DNA of 64,000 nt, from the NCBI RefSeq assembly GCF_024700885.2, contig NZ_CP117016.1; one strand, given 5' to 3'. The DNA comes from Escherichia coli. Its GTDB lineage: Bacteria; Pseudomonadota; Gammaproteobacteria; Enterobacterales; Enterobacteriaceae. Of the stretch, positions 56,202 through 64,000 are shown piece after piece (position 1 is the stretch's first letter; each line of letters opens with the position of its first letter). The notes under the pieces were generated by a model. That model was given only the letters and a program-made list of their open reading frames with translations. It was not told the origin of the DNA and did not search any database. The position numbers and the translations under genes are program-made.

Positions 56202-56651
56202 ATGCAGAAAAAACGCCTGATACAGCTTATCCATATTGCCCGTAATGAACTGGGTATGGATGAAGACACCTACCGCCAGATGTTACAGGGGCTGACCGGT
56301 AAAGCCTCAACCAAAGGAATGGATACCACACAACTAAACTGCGTGCTGGAATCCATGAAAAAGAAAGGCTTTCGCGTTAAACCAGCCAGAAAAGCCAGCT
56401 CCGGTTTACCGCTGGATAACCATCCGCAGTCCAGGAAAATTCGTGCGCTATGGCTTGAAATGGCTGCTGCCGGCATTGTTCGTGACCGTTCAGAAAATGC
56501 ATTAGCGAGGTGGATCAAGCGGGAAACGGGCATCAGCGCCCTGCGCTGGCTCAGTACTGAACAGGCAAGCAGTGTTATTGAGAAACTGAAGAAGTGGCAG
56601 CGCAGAGCTGCGGGAGTCAAACATGAGCGACCTGAATCAGTTTCGAAGTAA
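56202..56651 (+). CDS. gemA: GemA/Mu gp16-like regulatory protein (DUF1018)
   Basis: MQKKRLIQLIHIARNELGMDEDTYRQMLQGLTGKASTKGMDTTQLNCVLESMKKKGF... Confidence 0.7.
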   Translation: MQKKRLIQLIHIARNELGMDEDTYRQMLQGLTGKASTKGMDTTQLNCVLESMKKKGFRVKPARKASSGLPLDNHPQSRKIRALWLEMAAAGIVRDRSENALARWIKRETGISALRWLSTEQASSVIEKLKKWQRRAAGVKHERPESVSK

Positions 56652-57012
56652 GGGGCCGGAACTCCTGGTGGAACTGGCACAGCATACCTCTGAGACCGTT
56701 CGCGAGATTATTGATATTGAGCCCGAAGTTGCCGACCAGATTGGTCAGGCCGTCGCGAACCGAATGATGCAGGTCTGGGGCGGGCAAAACGTTTATTTCC
56801 CGATGGGCATGGTATGGAAGGTCAGTCAGCGCGACCGGGAAATCTTCAGGGAGTTTAACGGACGCAACCACCACGAACTGGCCCGCAAATTTGGTGTTTC
56901 GCTTCAGTGGGTCTACAGCGTGGTTAAGCGGGTAAGAAAAGAAGAACTGGATCGGATGCAGGGCAAGCTATTTGCTGATGAACCCGATGCAGATACGGAG
57001 AAAAAAGAGTAA
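56623..57012 (+). CDS. mor: Mor-family transcriptional activator
   Basis: ...GGQNVYFPMGMVWKVSQRDREIFREFNGRNHHELARKFGVSLQWVYSVVKRVRKEE... is the Mor/C HTH pattern. It is the last gene before the prophage end. Confidence 0.8.
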   Translation: MSDLNQFRSKGPELLVELAQHTSETVREIIDIEPEVADQIGQAVANRMMQVWGGQNVYFPMGMVWKVSQRDREIFREFNGRNHHELARKFGVSLQWVYSVVKRVRKEELDRMQGKLFADEPDADTEKKE

Positions 57013-57041
57013 TATCTGCAATCAGGCTGGCGCGAGTTCTG

Positions 57042-57098
<57 letters not shown>

Positions 57099-57099
57099 A

Positions 57100-57174
<75 letters not shown>

Positions 57175-57180
57175 GTGAAC
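57175..57180. repeat. target-site duplication, right copy (GTGAAC)
   Basis: Identical to 20049-20054. Confidence 0.8.
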
Positions 57181-57363
57181 TTTCTCGTGGAAAAATACGC
57201 GCTGGTGCGTACCGACCAGCCGGGATTCAGCGCCTGTACCCGCTCTCAGTTAATAAACAGCATCGATATCCTCCGGGCTCGCAGGGCGACCGGCCTGATG
57301 ACCCGCGACAATTACAGAACGGTAAATAACATTACCCTGGGTAAGTATCCGGAGGCGAAATGA
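57175..57363 (+). pseudogene. cbtA: cbtA (yeeV) toxin gene, 3' half
   Basis: (V)NFLVEKYALVRTDQPGFSACTRSQLINSIDILRARRATGLMTRDNYRTVNNITLGKYPEAK* continues the reading broken at 20054. Confidence 0.9.
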
Positions 57364-57554
57364 TGACACTGGAAGCCGACAGCGTTAACGTACAGGCGCT
57401 GGATATGGGGCACATTGTCGTTGACATTGATGGTGTTAATATCACTGAACTGATTAATAAGGCCGCTGAAAACGGTTATTCACTCCGCGTGGTGGATGAC
57501 CGTGACTCTACCGAAACACCGGCAACTTATGCCAGCCCTCACCAGTTGCTGTAA
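57360..57554 (+). CDS. yeeW: YeeW-like protein
   Basis: MMTLEADSVNVQALDMGHIVVDIDGVNITELINKAAENGYSLRVVDDRDSTETPATYASPHQLL. ATGA-coupled to cbtA. Confidence 0.8.
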   Translation: MMTLEADSVNVQALDMGHIVVDIDGVNITELINKAAENGYSLRVVDDRDSTETPATYASPHQLL

Positions 57555-57709
57555 GACAATGCAGTGATACAGGGTATAGTGCCATTAACCACAGAAACAG
57601 CACTGTTGTCCTGTATTAAGCAGGCAAGAGAAGATGTCCTTACCCTGCGCCATCTGCAGCTTCTGAACCAGAACCGGTGAATCTCACTCAACAGGCTTCA
57701 TTTCTCCTG

Positions 57710-57738
57710 ACGCCAGCCTGAATACAGCTGGCGTTTTC
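57710..57738 (+). terminator. rho-independent terminator
   Basis: ACGCCAGC-ctgaataca-GCTGGCGT followed by TTTTCATTT. Confidence 0.7.
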
Positions 57739-57838
57739 ATTTATAAACAGAAAGGAAAACCGATAATAATGGAATGGACGCCCCGACCATGAAGCAACGG
57801 TAGGATATTACTGATAAACCTTCCAGTGGAGGTGCGTT

Positions 57839-57919
57839 ATGGCCGTTTTAACGATTAGCATTGACCTGACAAAAAATGAATTCCAAATCCACGGTCTGGG
57901 TAGGAACAGAAAAATCTAA
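57839..57919 (+). pseudogene. N-terminal remnant of an IS110/IS1111-type transposase (yoeD-like)
   Basis: MAVLTISIDLTKNEFQIHGLGRNRKI* has the IGIDLAKN.FQ.HG-type start of this family. It is cut off by the IS66-type end at 57939. Confidence 0.55.
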
Positions 57920-57938
57920 GCTCAGAAAACGGATTAAA

Positions 57939-58094
57939 GTAAGCGTCAACGGAGCACCGTATTGACGCTTATTTATTGGTGAGAACTACGTTCCATGGCA
58001 GGAGTTCGTCAACACGGTTGGAGGGCCATTCCGGCAGTATGCTCAGAATATGGCGCAGATACGCTTCCGGATCGATACCGTTCAGACGGCAGGT
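57939..58094 (-). pseudogene. IS66-family right end with the last ~41 codons of the transposase
   Basis: The terminal sequence begins GTAAGCGTCAACGG. The minus strand encodes TCRLNGIDPEAYLRHILSILPEWPSNRVDELLPWNVVLTNK* (conserved IS66 TnpC C-terminus). Confidence 0.7.
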
Positions 58095-58351
58095 GCCTGC
58101 TTTTCTGGCAACAAGCAGGAATCTCAGCGCTGAAGCAGGAATTAGAGGTAAAAACGCCCTACCGGGCCATGAATCACCCGGTCATTGGAGTAGTAACCAA
58201 AGCAGATTTAGCCAGCATGGAACAAATATCTTTGGTGAAAAGTTGGTTACGGGAAGCTGGAGCGCACAACGTGTTAGTAACCAGTGCAGTTAATAACAAT
58301 GGAGTTACAGAACTTTTTGCCTTGCTGCATACAGAAGAAGGTTGTTGTTAA
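57995..58351 (+). pseudogene. yoeF: yoeF-like ORF; only the C-terminal ~80 codons (from ~58105) resemble an EutP/PduV-family GTPase fragment
   Basis: ...NHPVIGVVTKADLASMEQISLVKSWLREAGAHNVLVTSAVNNNGVTELFALL. The N-terminal part of the ORF is antisense to the IS66 remnant. Confidence 0.5.
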
Positions 58352-58409
58352 TTTCGATTGGTTCTCGGATGAGAATGATGACGGTGATACACAGATAAGA
58401 ATCAATGAG

Positions 58410-58438
58410 CAATGAGGGTTGCCGGGCAACCCTCATTG
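58410..58438. terminator. hairpin downstream of yeeX
   Basis: CAATGAGGGTTGCC-g-GGCAACCCTCATTG, a perfect 14-bp stem. Confidence 0.5.
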
Positions 58439-58451
58439 AATAAAACGGGAA

Positions 58452-58781
58452 TTACTTCGCTTCGCCGTTTTTCATTTCGCCCATAGCTTTCAGCTTTTTG
58501 GAGATATCGCGGCGTTCTTTGGAGAGCTCGGCATTTTTGATGATGTAATCGTCAACGCGATCTTCATAGTCACCTTTCATGCTGGCGATGATGCCCTGGA
58601 TTGCTTCAACGCTCATCCCCGGCTTGATGTAATCGCTCAGGTTGTCCAGCAGCAGGACGCGCTTCTGGTTGTCACGGATCTTTTTCTCAACGTCCTGAAT
58701 TTCACGTTGCAGTTTGTTCTTACGACGGAACAGACGAACAAATTCCAGTACGTCCTGGAATGAAGGCTTGGTAGTTTCCAT
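58452..58781 (-). CDS. yeeX: UPF0265 protein YeeX
   Basis: [109 protein letters not shown]. Confidence 0.95.
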   Translation of the reverse strand: METTKPSFQDVLEFVRLFRRKNKLQREIQDVEKKIRDNQKRVLLLDNLSDYIKPGMSVEAIQGIIASMKGDYEDRVDDYIIKNAELSKERRDISKKLKAMGEMKNGEAK

Positions 58782-58952
58782 TTTTATACCCCTGATAATG
58801 TGAGAGTCGGATTCGTTTAAGCAACCGCTATTCGTTAGGGCCAACATTACTCATAGCTGCCGCAGATGACAATGCTTTTATCCCTTTTCACTATCATACC
58901 CTTTATCCTTGCTGAATCGAAGCAGCAGCAAGATGATTCTGAAGTTCAGGAA

Positions 58953-60011
58953 TTATTTGCGCAAGGCCCGGCAAATCAGATTCGATAGCAACTCAAGCTG
59001 ATGCGCCGTTTCCATGTTCAGCCACACATAACCATAGATTGGTGTTTCCACAACCTTCAGGTCATGGTGGTTATTGAGCAACTGACGCAGCTCTTCCACA
59101 GCATCGTTCAATTTTTCCGTATTGGCAAAAACCGGCTGCGGATTACCTTCGTACAGCGCATGAACAAGGCTCAGCAGTATTTGCTGCATCATGTGCTGGG
59201 TATCACGAAGTTTTTGCGCGTTCAATAACACGAAATGGCTGGGGCGCGTGGCCCAGTATGCATTGATTTGCAACTCCAGCATACAAACCAGATTGCGGTT
59301 AATGGTCTGGATACCTTCATATATCGATTTTGGAATACGGGTTTCTTTGCTGGCGGGCGCAATCAGTCCACGCATTTTCACGGCATCGGTCAGGAGTTTT
59401 TGTAGATGGCTTTCCAGACGTGGGCGTTCGAGTAAGTTCGGTGAGAATGCAGATTGATAGACCCGATTATACTCGGTCAGACTTTTCGCCAGTTGAATGC
59501 GCCAGTGGATGAACGCCCGTTGTGGCCAGATACCGGTAAACAACATTGCCAGTAAAGAGCCGAGGATCACATCGCCGCTTCGCCATAACGCCGTATCAAT
59601 TTCACCTGTCGGGGAACCCACAACAATTGCCAGCGTCACCCCAATCAATAAACCTTGATACGGTTTCTTGCCCAGCGCCAGCCAACCGCAAAGGAACATG
59701 GCCGCCGCGCACCAGACTAACATCAGCGGTAACGAGATTAACTCCAGTTGCAGAGCGATAAGACCTAAAATCGAACCCAACACCGTACCGCCAATACGCT
59801 CAAAGGCGCGAGGGACAACGTTACCCCAGAACGAGATTGGCCCCATAATCACCACCATGGTGACCAGCGGCCAGGTGCTTTCCGGGATAGTAAACAGGCG
59901 GATAATGAGAAAAGTGAGCAGGAATGCCAGCGCGACCCGAGTACCATGCACAATGCGGTAATGGCGGTATACCCGGATTTCAAACGGGCTTAATGACTTA
60001 TCGGCACGCAC
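58953..60011 (-). CDS. yeeA: inner membrane protein YeeA (FUSC-like)
   Basis: 352 aa, MRADKSLSPFEIRVYRHYRIVHGTRVALAFLLTFLIIRLF... Confidence 0.9.
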   Translation of the reverse strand: MRADKSLSPFEIRVYRHYRIVHGTRVALAFLLTFLIIRLFTIPESTWPLVTMVVIMGPISFWGNVVPRAFERIGGTVLGSILGLIALQLELISLPLMLVWCAAAMFLCGWLALGKKPYQGLLIGVTLAIVVGSPTGEIDTALWRSGDVILGSLLAMLFTGIWPQRAFIHWRIQLAKSLTEYNRVYQSAFSPNLLERPRLESHLQKLLTDAVKMRGLIAPASKETRIPKSIYEGIQTINRNLVCMLELQINAYWATRPSHFVLLNAQKLRDTQHMMQQILLSLVHALYEGNPQPVFANTEKLNDAVEELRQLLNNHHDLKVVETPIYGYVWLNMETAHQLELLSNLICRALRK

Positions 60012-60208
60012 GCAGAAACTCCGTAATGAGATTAAAAGCGCTCATAACTCATCTGTCGGCCAGAAGGCGCGCCTCTGAATTATCCGACGGACAAACCGGG
60101 AACAGTGTAATTTCCCGGCAGGAGCGAAAAAATTGAAAGGCGCATCTTACTCTTTTCGCTTTCAAAAAAAAGAGTGGTCATCGCGTTAACACACCGCCCT
60201 GAGATGAA

Positions 60209-60682
60209 TTAGTGATGTTTTGGCTGCACCGCAACATACATTTCGATATCCCAGTACCCATCTTCCGCGCCATTGTTCAAATAAACCTCGAAGCAGGGCT
60301 TTGGTAACATTTCATAAGCACTGTCCTGCAAGAGACTATTAAAGAACTGATACCAGGGTTTAGCAAAATCATCACCGACTACACGAGCTACCGCCACCGC
60401 ATACTGACCACCTGTAATTTCTGTCAGAATGACGCCCTCACTGTTTTCGGGAAGCGTAAAGTAACCCGGCACCGTCACGACGGTGTCGCAGCGTAATTTT
60501 TCGGCGGGTGTTTCATCTGGATTGTCGTAATAGACAGCAACCCACTCCTTCGGCACAATATTTTTGCTATCTACCCACATCATCAACTGCTCAAAGCCTT
60601 TCTTTACCGTCTGTTCCCACGGGCCAACGAGATGGAAACCTGCAACGGTACGTTTCTCTTCCTGCTTAATCTCGTAGTTCAT
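60209..60682 (-). CDS. sbmC: DNA gyrase inhibitor SbmC (GyrI)
   Basis: 157 aa, [66 protein letters not shown]... Confidence 0.95.
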   Translation of the reverse strand: MNYEIKQEEKRTVAGFHLVGPWEQTVKKGFEQLMMWVDSKNIVPKEWVAVYYDNPDETPAEKLRCDTVVTVPGYFTLPENSEGVILTEITGGQYAVAVARVVGDDFAKPWYQFFNSLLQDSAYEMLPKPCFEVYLNNGAEDGYWDIEMYVAVQPKHH

Positions 60683-60696
60683 GACGCCTCCATTGA

Positions 60697-60716
60697 TACT
60701 GTTTTTATATACAGTA
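60697..60716. promoter_or_regulatory. LexA (SOS) box upstream of sbmC
   Basis: TACTGTTTTTATATACAGTA fits CTG-N10-CAG, 15 nt upstream of the sbmC ATG. Confidence 0.85.
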
Positions 60717-60800
60717 TAGTTGCAAAATTAAAACCACAAGGAATGAGTGTTGATTATGCGAGCAGACTCGCACTCCTGCCAGTCTGCTGCAAAAGAAAGG

Positions 60801-61967
60801 TCAGGCCTTATGGTGGAAATAATCACTCAGGCGAGAAAACATGCTGCCTTCCCCGACAGATTCCAGGGTAACCAGCGGCCAGTGCGCCACCTGTTTATCA
60901 CGGTCGTAAAGTTCAATTTCCCCTACCCGCTGATGGGCGCTAATTGGCGCGGTGAGTTCTTTACCATCAAGGGTATATTTGGCTTTGATATGTGGAATTT
61001 CGGCTTTCGGTAGCACCATCCAGAACTCTTGTTCCGTTCCCAGGTCGATATTTTCTTTATCGCCATACCAGATGCGTTCCGTTCCGACCTTTTTCCCACG
61101 GTGCAAAATTTGCACCGTAGTAAAGTTTTGTTGCCCCCAACGCAGTAATTTTCTTGCCTCTTCCTCACGACCTTTTGCACTGTCAGCCCCCATTACCACT
61201 GCAATGAGACGACGCTGCCCATCTACAGCCGAAGCAATGAGATTAAACCCGGCACCAGAAGTATGACCCGTTTTCAGGCCGTCAACATTCATGGTTTTAT
61301 CCCACAACAACCCGTTACGGTTTTGCTGGGTGATACCGTTCCAGGTGAGACTTTTCTCACTGTACATATGATAAAACTCGGGCTCGCCGTGGATGATAGC
61401 ACGAGAAAGCACAACTAAATCATAAGCCGAGCTATGCTGGCCAGGTGCATCCAGACCATGCACTGTTTCAAAATGCGTATCCTTGAGATGCAGCTTCTCG
61501 GCATAGTTGTTCATCATTTCAACAAACTGCCGTTGCCCACCGGCAATATAGTCAGCCAGAGCAACACAAGCGTCATTTCCGGAATCCACAATTAAACCAC
61601 GGCTTAAATCACGTACCGATACGCGATCGCCCTCTTTCAAAAACATCAGTGAAGAACCGACAAACACCGGATTATCTTTCGCCCACGCATCGCGCCCCAC
61701 GGTGACAATATCGTCTGGCGTAATGCGATGACTATCGATAGCGCGATCCACGACATAACCCGTCATCAGCTTTGTCAGGCTGGCGGGATTGCGCTGTTGA
61801 TGCTCATTACCCGCGGTGAGGATCTGACCGGTGGTGTAATCCATCAATACCCAGGACCCGGCATGAATCTCTGGAGGCTGAGGTGAAAAAGGAATGTTTT
61901 CCGCCGCAAAACCAGACGATAAGTTAAAAACGAACAAAGAAGCAGCAATAATAAGACGGCGTTTCAA
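60801..61967 (-). CDS. dacD: D-alanyl-D-alanine carboxypeptidase DacD (PBP6b)
   Basis: (M)KRRLIIAASLFVFNLSSGFAAENIPF...NPASLTKLMT (SxxK)...SGN...KTG. A TTG start is assumed at 61967 (388 aa). The ORF track begins two codons earlier. Confidence 0.92.
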   Translation of the reverse strand: MKRRLIIAASLFVFNLSSGFAAENIPFSPQPPEIHAGSWVLMDYTTGQILTAGNEHQQRNPASLTKLMTGYVVDRAIDSHRITPDDIVTVGRDAWAKDNPVFVGSSLMFLKEGDRVSVRDLSRGLIVDSGNDACVALADYIAGGQRQFVEMMNNYAEKLHLKDTHFETVHGLDAPGQHSSAYDLVVLSRAIIHGEPEFYHMYSEKSLTWNGITQQNRNGLLWDKTMNVDGLKTGHTSGAGFNLIASAVDGQRRLIAVVMGADSAKGREEEARKLLRWGQQNFTTVQILHRGKKVGTERIWYGDKENIDLGTEQEFWMVLPKAEIPHIKAKYTLDGKELTAPISAHQRVGEIELYDRDKQVAHWPLVTLESVGEGSMFSRLSDYFHHKA

Positions 61968-62175
61968 CAGCAAACCCTCAGGAGTTTCAAATAGCTGTTC
62001 TTTTTACGGAAATACTTATGAACTGGCTGGAATAAAGTGCAAGAAAATGTGACTACCCTCTCATTTTTATCTGACATGATCTGTTGCCACTCGCTGCCAA
62101 ATTGTGGCGCTAAAGCTGATTAGCACGGTGATATTTGATACTCTGGCAGACAGCAGAAATAACGGATTTAACCTA

Positions 62176-63603
62176 ATGATGAATGACGGTAAGCAACAAT
62201 CTACCTTTTTGTTTCACGATTACGAAACCTTTGGCACGCACCCCGCGTTAGATCGCCCTGCACAGTTCGCAGCCATTCGCACCGATAGCGAATTCAATGT
62301 CATCGGCGAACCCGAAGTCTTTTACTGCAAGCCCGCTGATGACTATTTACCCCAGCCTGGAGCAGTATTAATTACCGGTATTACCCCGCAGGAAGCACGG
62401 TCGAAAGGAGAAAACGAAGCCGCGTTTGCCGCCCGTATTCACTCGCTTTTTACCGTACCGAAGACCTGTATTCTGGGCTACAACAATGTGCGTTTCGACG
62501 ACGAAGTCACACGCAACGTTTTTTATCGTAATTTCTACGATCCTTACGCCTGGAGCTGGCAGCATGATAACTCGCGCTGGGATTTACTGGATGTTATGCG
62601 TGCCTGTTATGCCCTGCGCCCGGAAGGAATAAACTGGCCTGAAAATGATGACGGTCTACCGAGCTTTCGCCTTGAGCATTTAACCAAAGCGAATGGTATT
62701 GAACATAGCAACGCCCACGATGCGATGGCTGATGTGTACGCCACTATTGCGATGGCAAAGCTGGTAAAAACGCGTCAGCCACGCCTGTTTGATTATCTCT
62801 TTACCCATCGTAATAAACACAAACTGATGGCGTTGATTGATGTTCCGCAGATGAAACCCCTGGTGCACGTTTCCGGAATGTTTGGGGCATGGCGCGGCAA
62901 CACCAGCTGGGTGGCACCGCTGGCGTGGCATCCTGAAAATCGCAATGCCGTAATTATGGTGGATTTGGCAGGAGACATTTCGCCATTACTGGAACTGGAT
63001 AGCGACACATTGCGCGAGCGTTTATATACCGCAAAAACCGATCTTGGCGATAACGCCGCCGTTCCGGTTAAGCTGGTGCACATCAATAAATGTCCGGTGC
63101 TGGCCCAGGCGAATACGCTACGCCCGGAAGATGCCGACCGACTGGGAATTAATCGTCAGCATTGCCTCGATAACCTGAAAATTCTGCGTGAAAATCCGCA
63201 AGTGCGCGAAAAAGTGGTGGCGATATTCGCGGAAGCCGAACCGTTTACGCCTTCAGATAACGTGGATGCACAGCTTTATAACGGCTTTTTCAGTGACGCC
63301 GATCGTGCAGCAATGAAAATTGTGCTGGAAACCGAGCCGCGTAATTTACCGGCACTGGATATCACTTTTGTCGATAAACGGATTGAAAAGCTGTTGTTCA
63401 ATTATCGGGCGCGCAACTTCCCGGGGACGCTGGATTATGCCGAGCAGCAACGCTGGCTGGAGCACCGCCGCCAGGTATTCACACCCGAGTTTTTACAAGG
63501 CTATGCAGAAGAGATTCAGATGCTGGCGCAGCAGTATGCCGACGATAAAGAAAAAGTGGCGCTGTTAAAAGCGCTTTGGCAGTACGCGGAAGAGATTGTC
63601 TAG
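62176..63603 (+). CDS. sbcB: exodeoxyribonuclease I
   Basis: 475 aa from MMNDGKQQSTFLFHDYETFGTHPALDRPAQFAAIRTD... Confidence 0.95.
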   Translation: MMNDGKQQSTFLFHDYETFGTHPALDRPAQFAAIRTDSEFNVIGEPEVFYCKPADDYLPQPGAVLITGITPQEARSKGENEAAFAARIHSLFTVPKTCILGYNNVRFDDEVTRNVFYRNFYDPYAWSWQHDNSRWDLLDVMRACYALRPEGINWPENDDGLPSFRLEHLTKANGIEHSNAHDAMADVYATIAMAKLVKTRQPRLFDYLFTHRNKHKLMALIDVPQMKPLVHVSGMFGAWRGNTSWVAPLAWHPENRNAVIMVDLAGDISPLLELDSDTLRERLYTAKTDLGDNAAVPVKLVHINKCPVLAQANTLRPEDADRLGINRQHCLDNLKILRENPQVREKVVAIFAEAEPFTPSDNVDAQLYNGFFSDADRAAMKIVLETEPRNLPALDITFVDKRIEKLLFNYRARNFPGTLDYAEQQRWLEHRRQVFTPEFLQGYAEEIQMLAQQYADDKEKVALLKALWQYAEEIV

Positions 63604-63645
63604 TTTGAAGCCTCCGCCGCTGATACGGCGGAGGACAATGTTGGG

Positions 63646-63873
63646 TCAGGCTTTTTGAACGGTGATGCTCCACGCAGCATCGCCAATCTGCTGATAATCG
63701 GTGATGGCATGTCCTTCTTCTGCCGCCCATTGTGGGATTGCTTCTGTTGCCTGGGTGCAATCAAACTCAATTACCAACTCATCGCCGCTGGTCATTTCTG
63801 CCAGTGCTGCTTTTGCTTCTATGAGTGGAAACGGACAGACCTGCGTCACCACATCCAGCTTTTTAATCGCCAT
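63646..63873 (-). CDS. yeeD: TusA-like sulfurtransferase YeeD
   Basis: MAIKKLDVVTQVCPFPLIEAKAALAEMTSGDELVIEFDCTQATEAIPQWAAEEGHAITDYQQIGDAAWSITVQKA. Confidence 0.92.
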   Translation of the reverse strand: MAIKKLDVVTQVCPFPLIEAKAALAEMTSGDELVIEFDCTQATEAIPQWAAEEGHAITDYQQIGDAAWSITVQKA

Positions 63874-63882
63874 CTTTACACC

Positions 63883-64000
63883 TTACTTAATTTGCCGCAG
63901 CAGTCGCCAGTCGCGCCTTACGCTGCGGTCGAACATACACAAGCCAGGACGCAGTCCAGACACCGAGAATCATAAATACAAGGCCAACCCAGCCCTGCCA
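63883..64000 (-). CDS. yeeE: YeeE (thiosulfate transporter) 3' end, truncated by window edge
   Basis: The minus-strand frame is open to the window end and terminates ...LLRQIK* at 63883, 10 nt before yeeD. Identity inferred from synteny. Confidence 0.6.

Overview
Escherichia coli chromosome, recognised by hand from protein sequences and gene order. The window has four parts. (1) 1-8.1 kb is the left part of a CP4-type integrative island: an ISL3 transposase with a nonsense codon, two paralogous zinc-ribbon genes separated by an IS110-family element whose transposase also has a nonsense codon, an inovirus-Gp2/YagK-type gene, an AlpA-family gene and a YfjI/DUF3987 gene. (2) 9.2-20.05 kb is the CP4-44-type block yeeP, flu (antigen 43), yeeR, IrmA-like, DUF905, DUF932, antirestriction, yeeS, yeeT, cbeA, cbtA. 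The Dam/OxyR GATC switch upstream of flu is intact, but flu carries a 1-nt deletion in a G run. (3) 20055-57174 is a 37,120-bp, apparently intact Mu-like transposable prophage inserted inside the toxin gene cbtA. It is flanked by a 6-bp direct repeat (GTGAAC) and has TGAT...ATCA termini with matching internal repeats. Late genes (Mu-like head, P2-like contractile tail, lysis cassette, invertible tail-fibre region) are on the minus strand. Early genes (Ner-like, transposase A, MuB-like ATPase, Gam, GemA, Mor) are on the plus strand. The two sets diverge from a central region that holds the repressor, a Dam-like methyltransferase and a small AT-richer cluster of unknown genes. (4) 57.2-64 kb holds the cbtA 3' half, yeeW, nested IS remnants, yoeF, and then core genes yeeX, yeeA, sbmC (with LexA box), dacD, sbcB, yeeD and the yeeE 3' end. 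Most worth following up: the uncharacterised 3-gene cluster at 45.5-46.9 kb (P-loop protein plus two unknown ORFs whose start codons overlap head to head); a three-cassette, three-site Gin-type tail-fibre inversion system with only one chaperone gene; the toxin-gene insertion that leaves the cbeA antitoxin orphaned; and the structured leader of the IS110 element (candidate bridge RNA). No rRNA, tRNA or CRISPR array was seen. All family assignments come from reading motifs and from memory of homologues. No database search was run.
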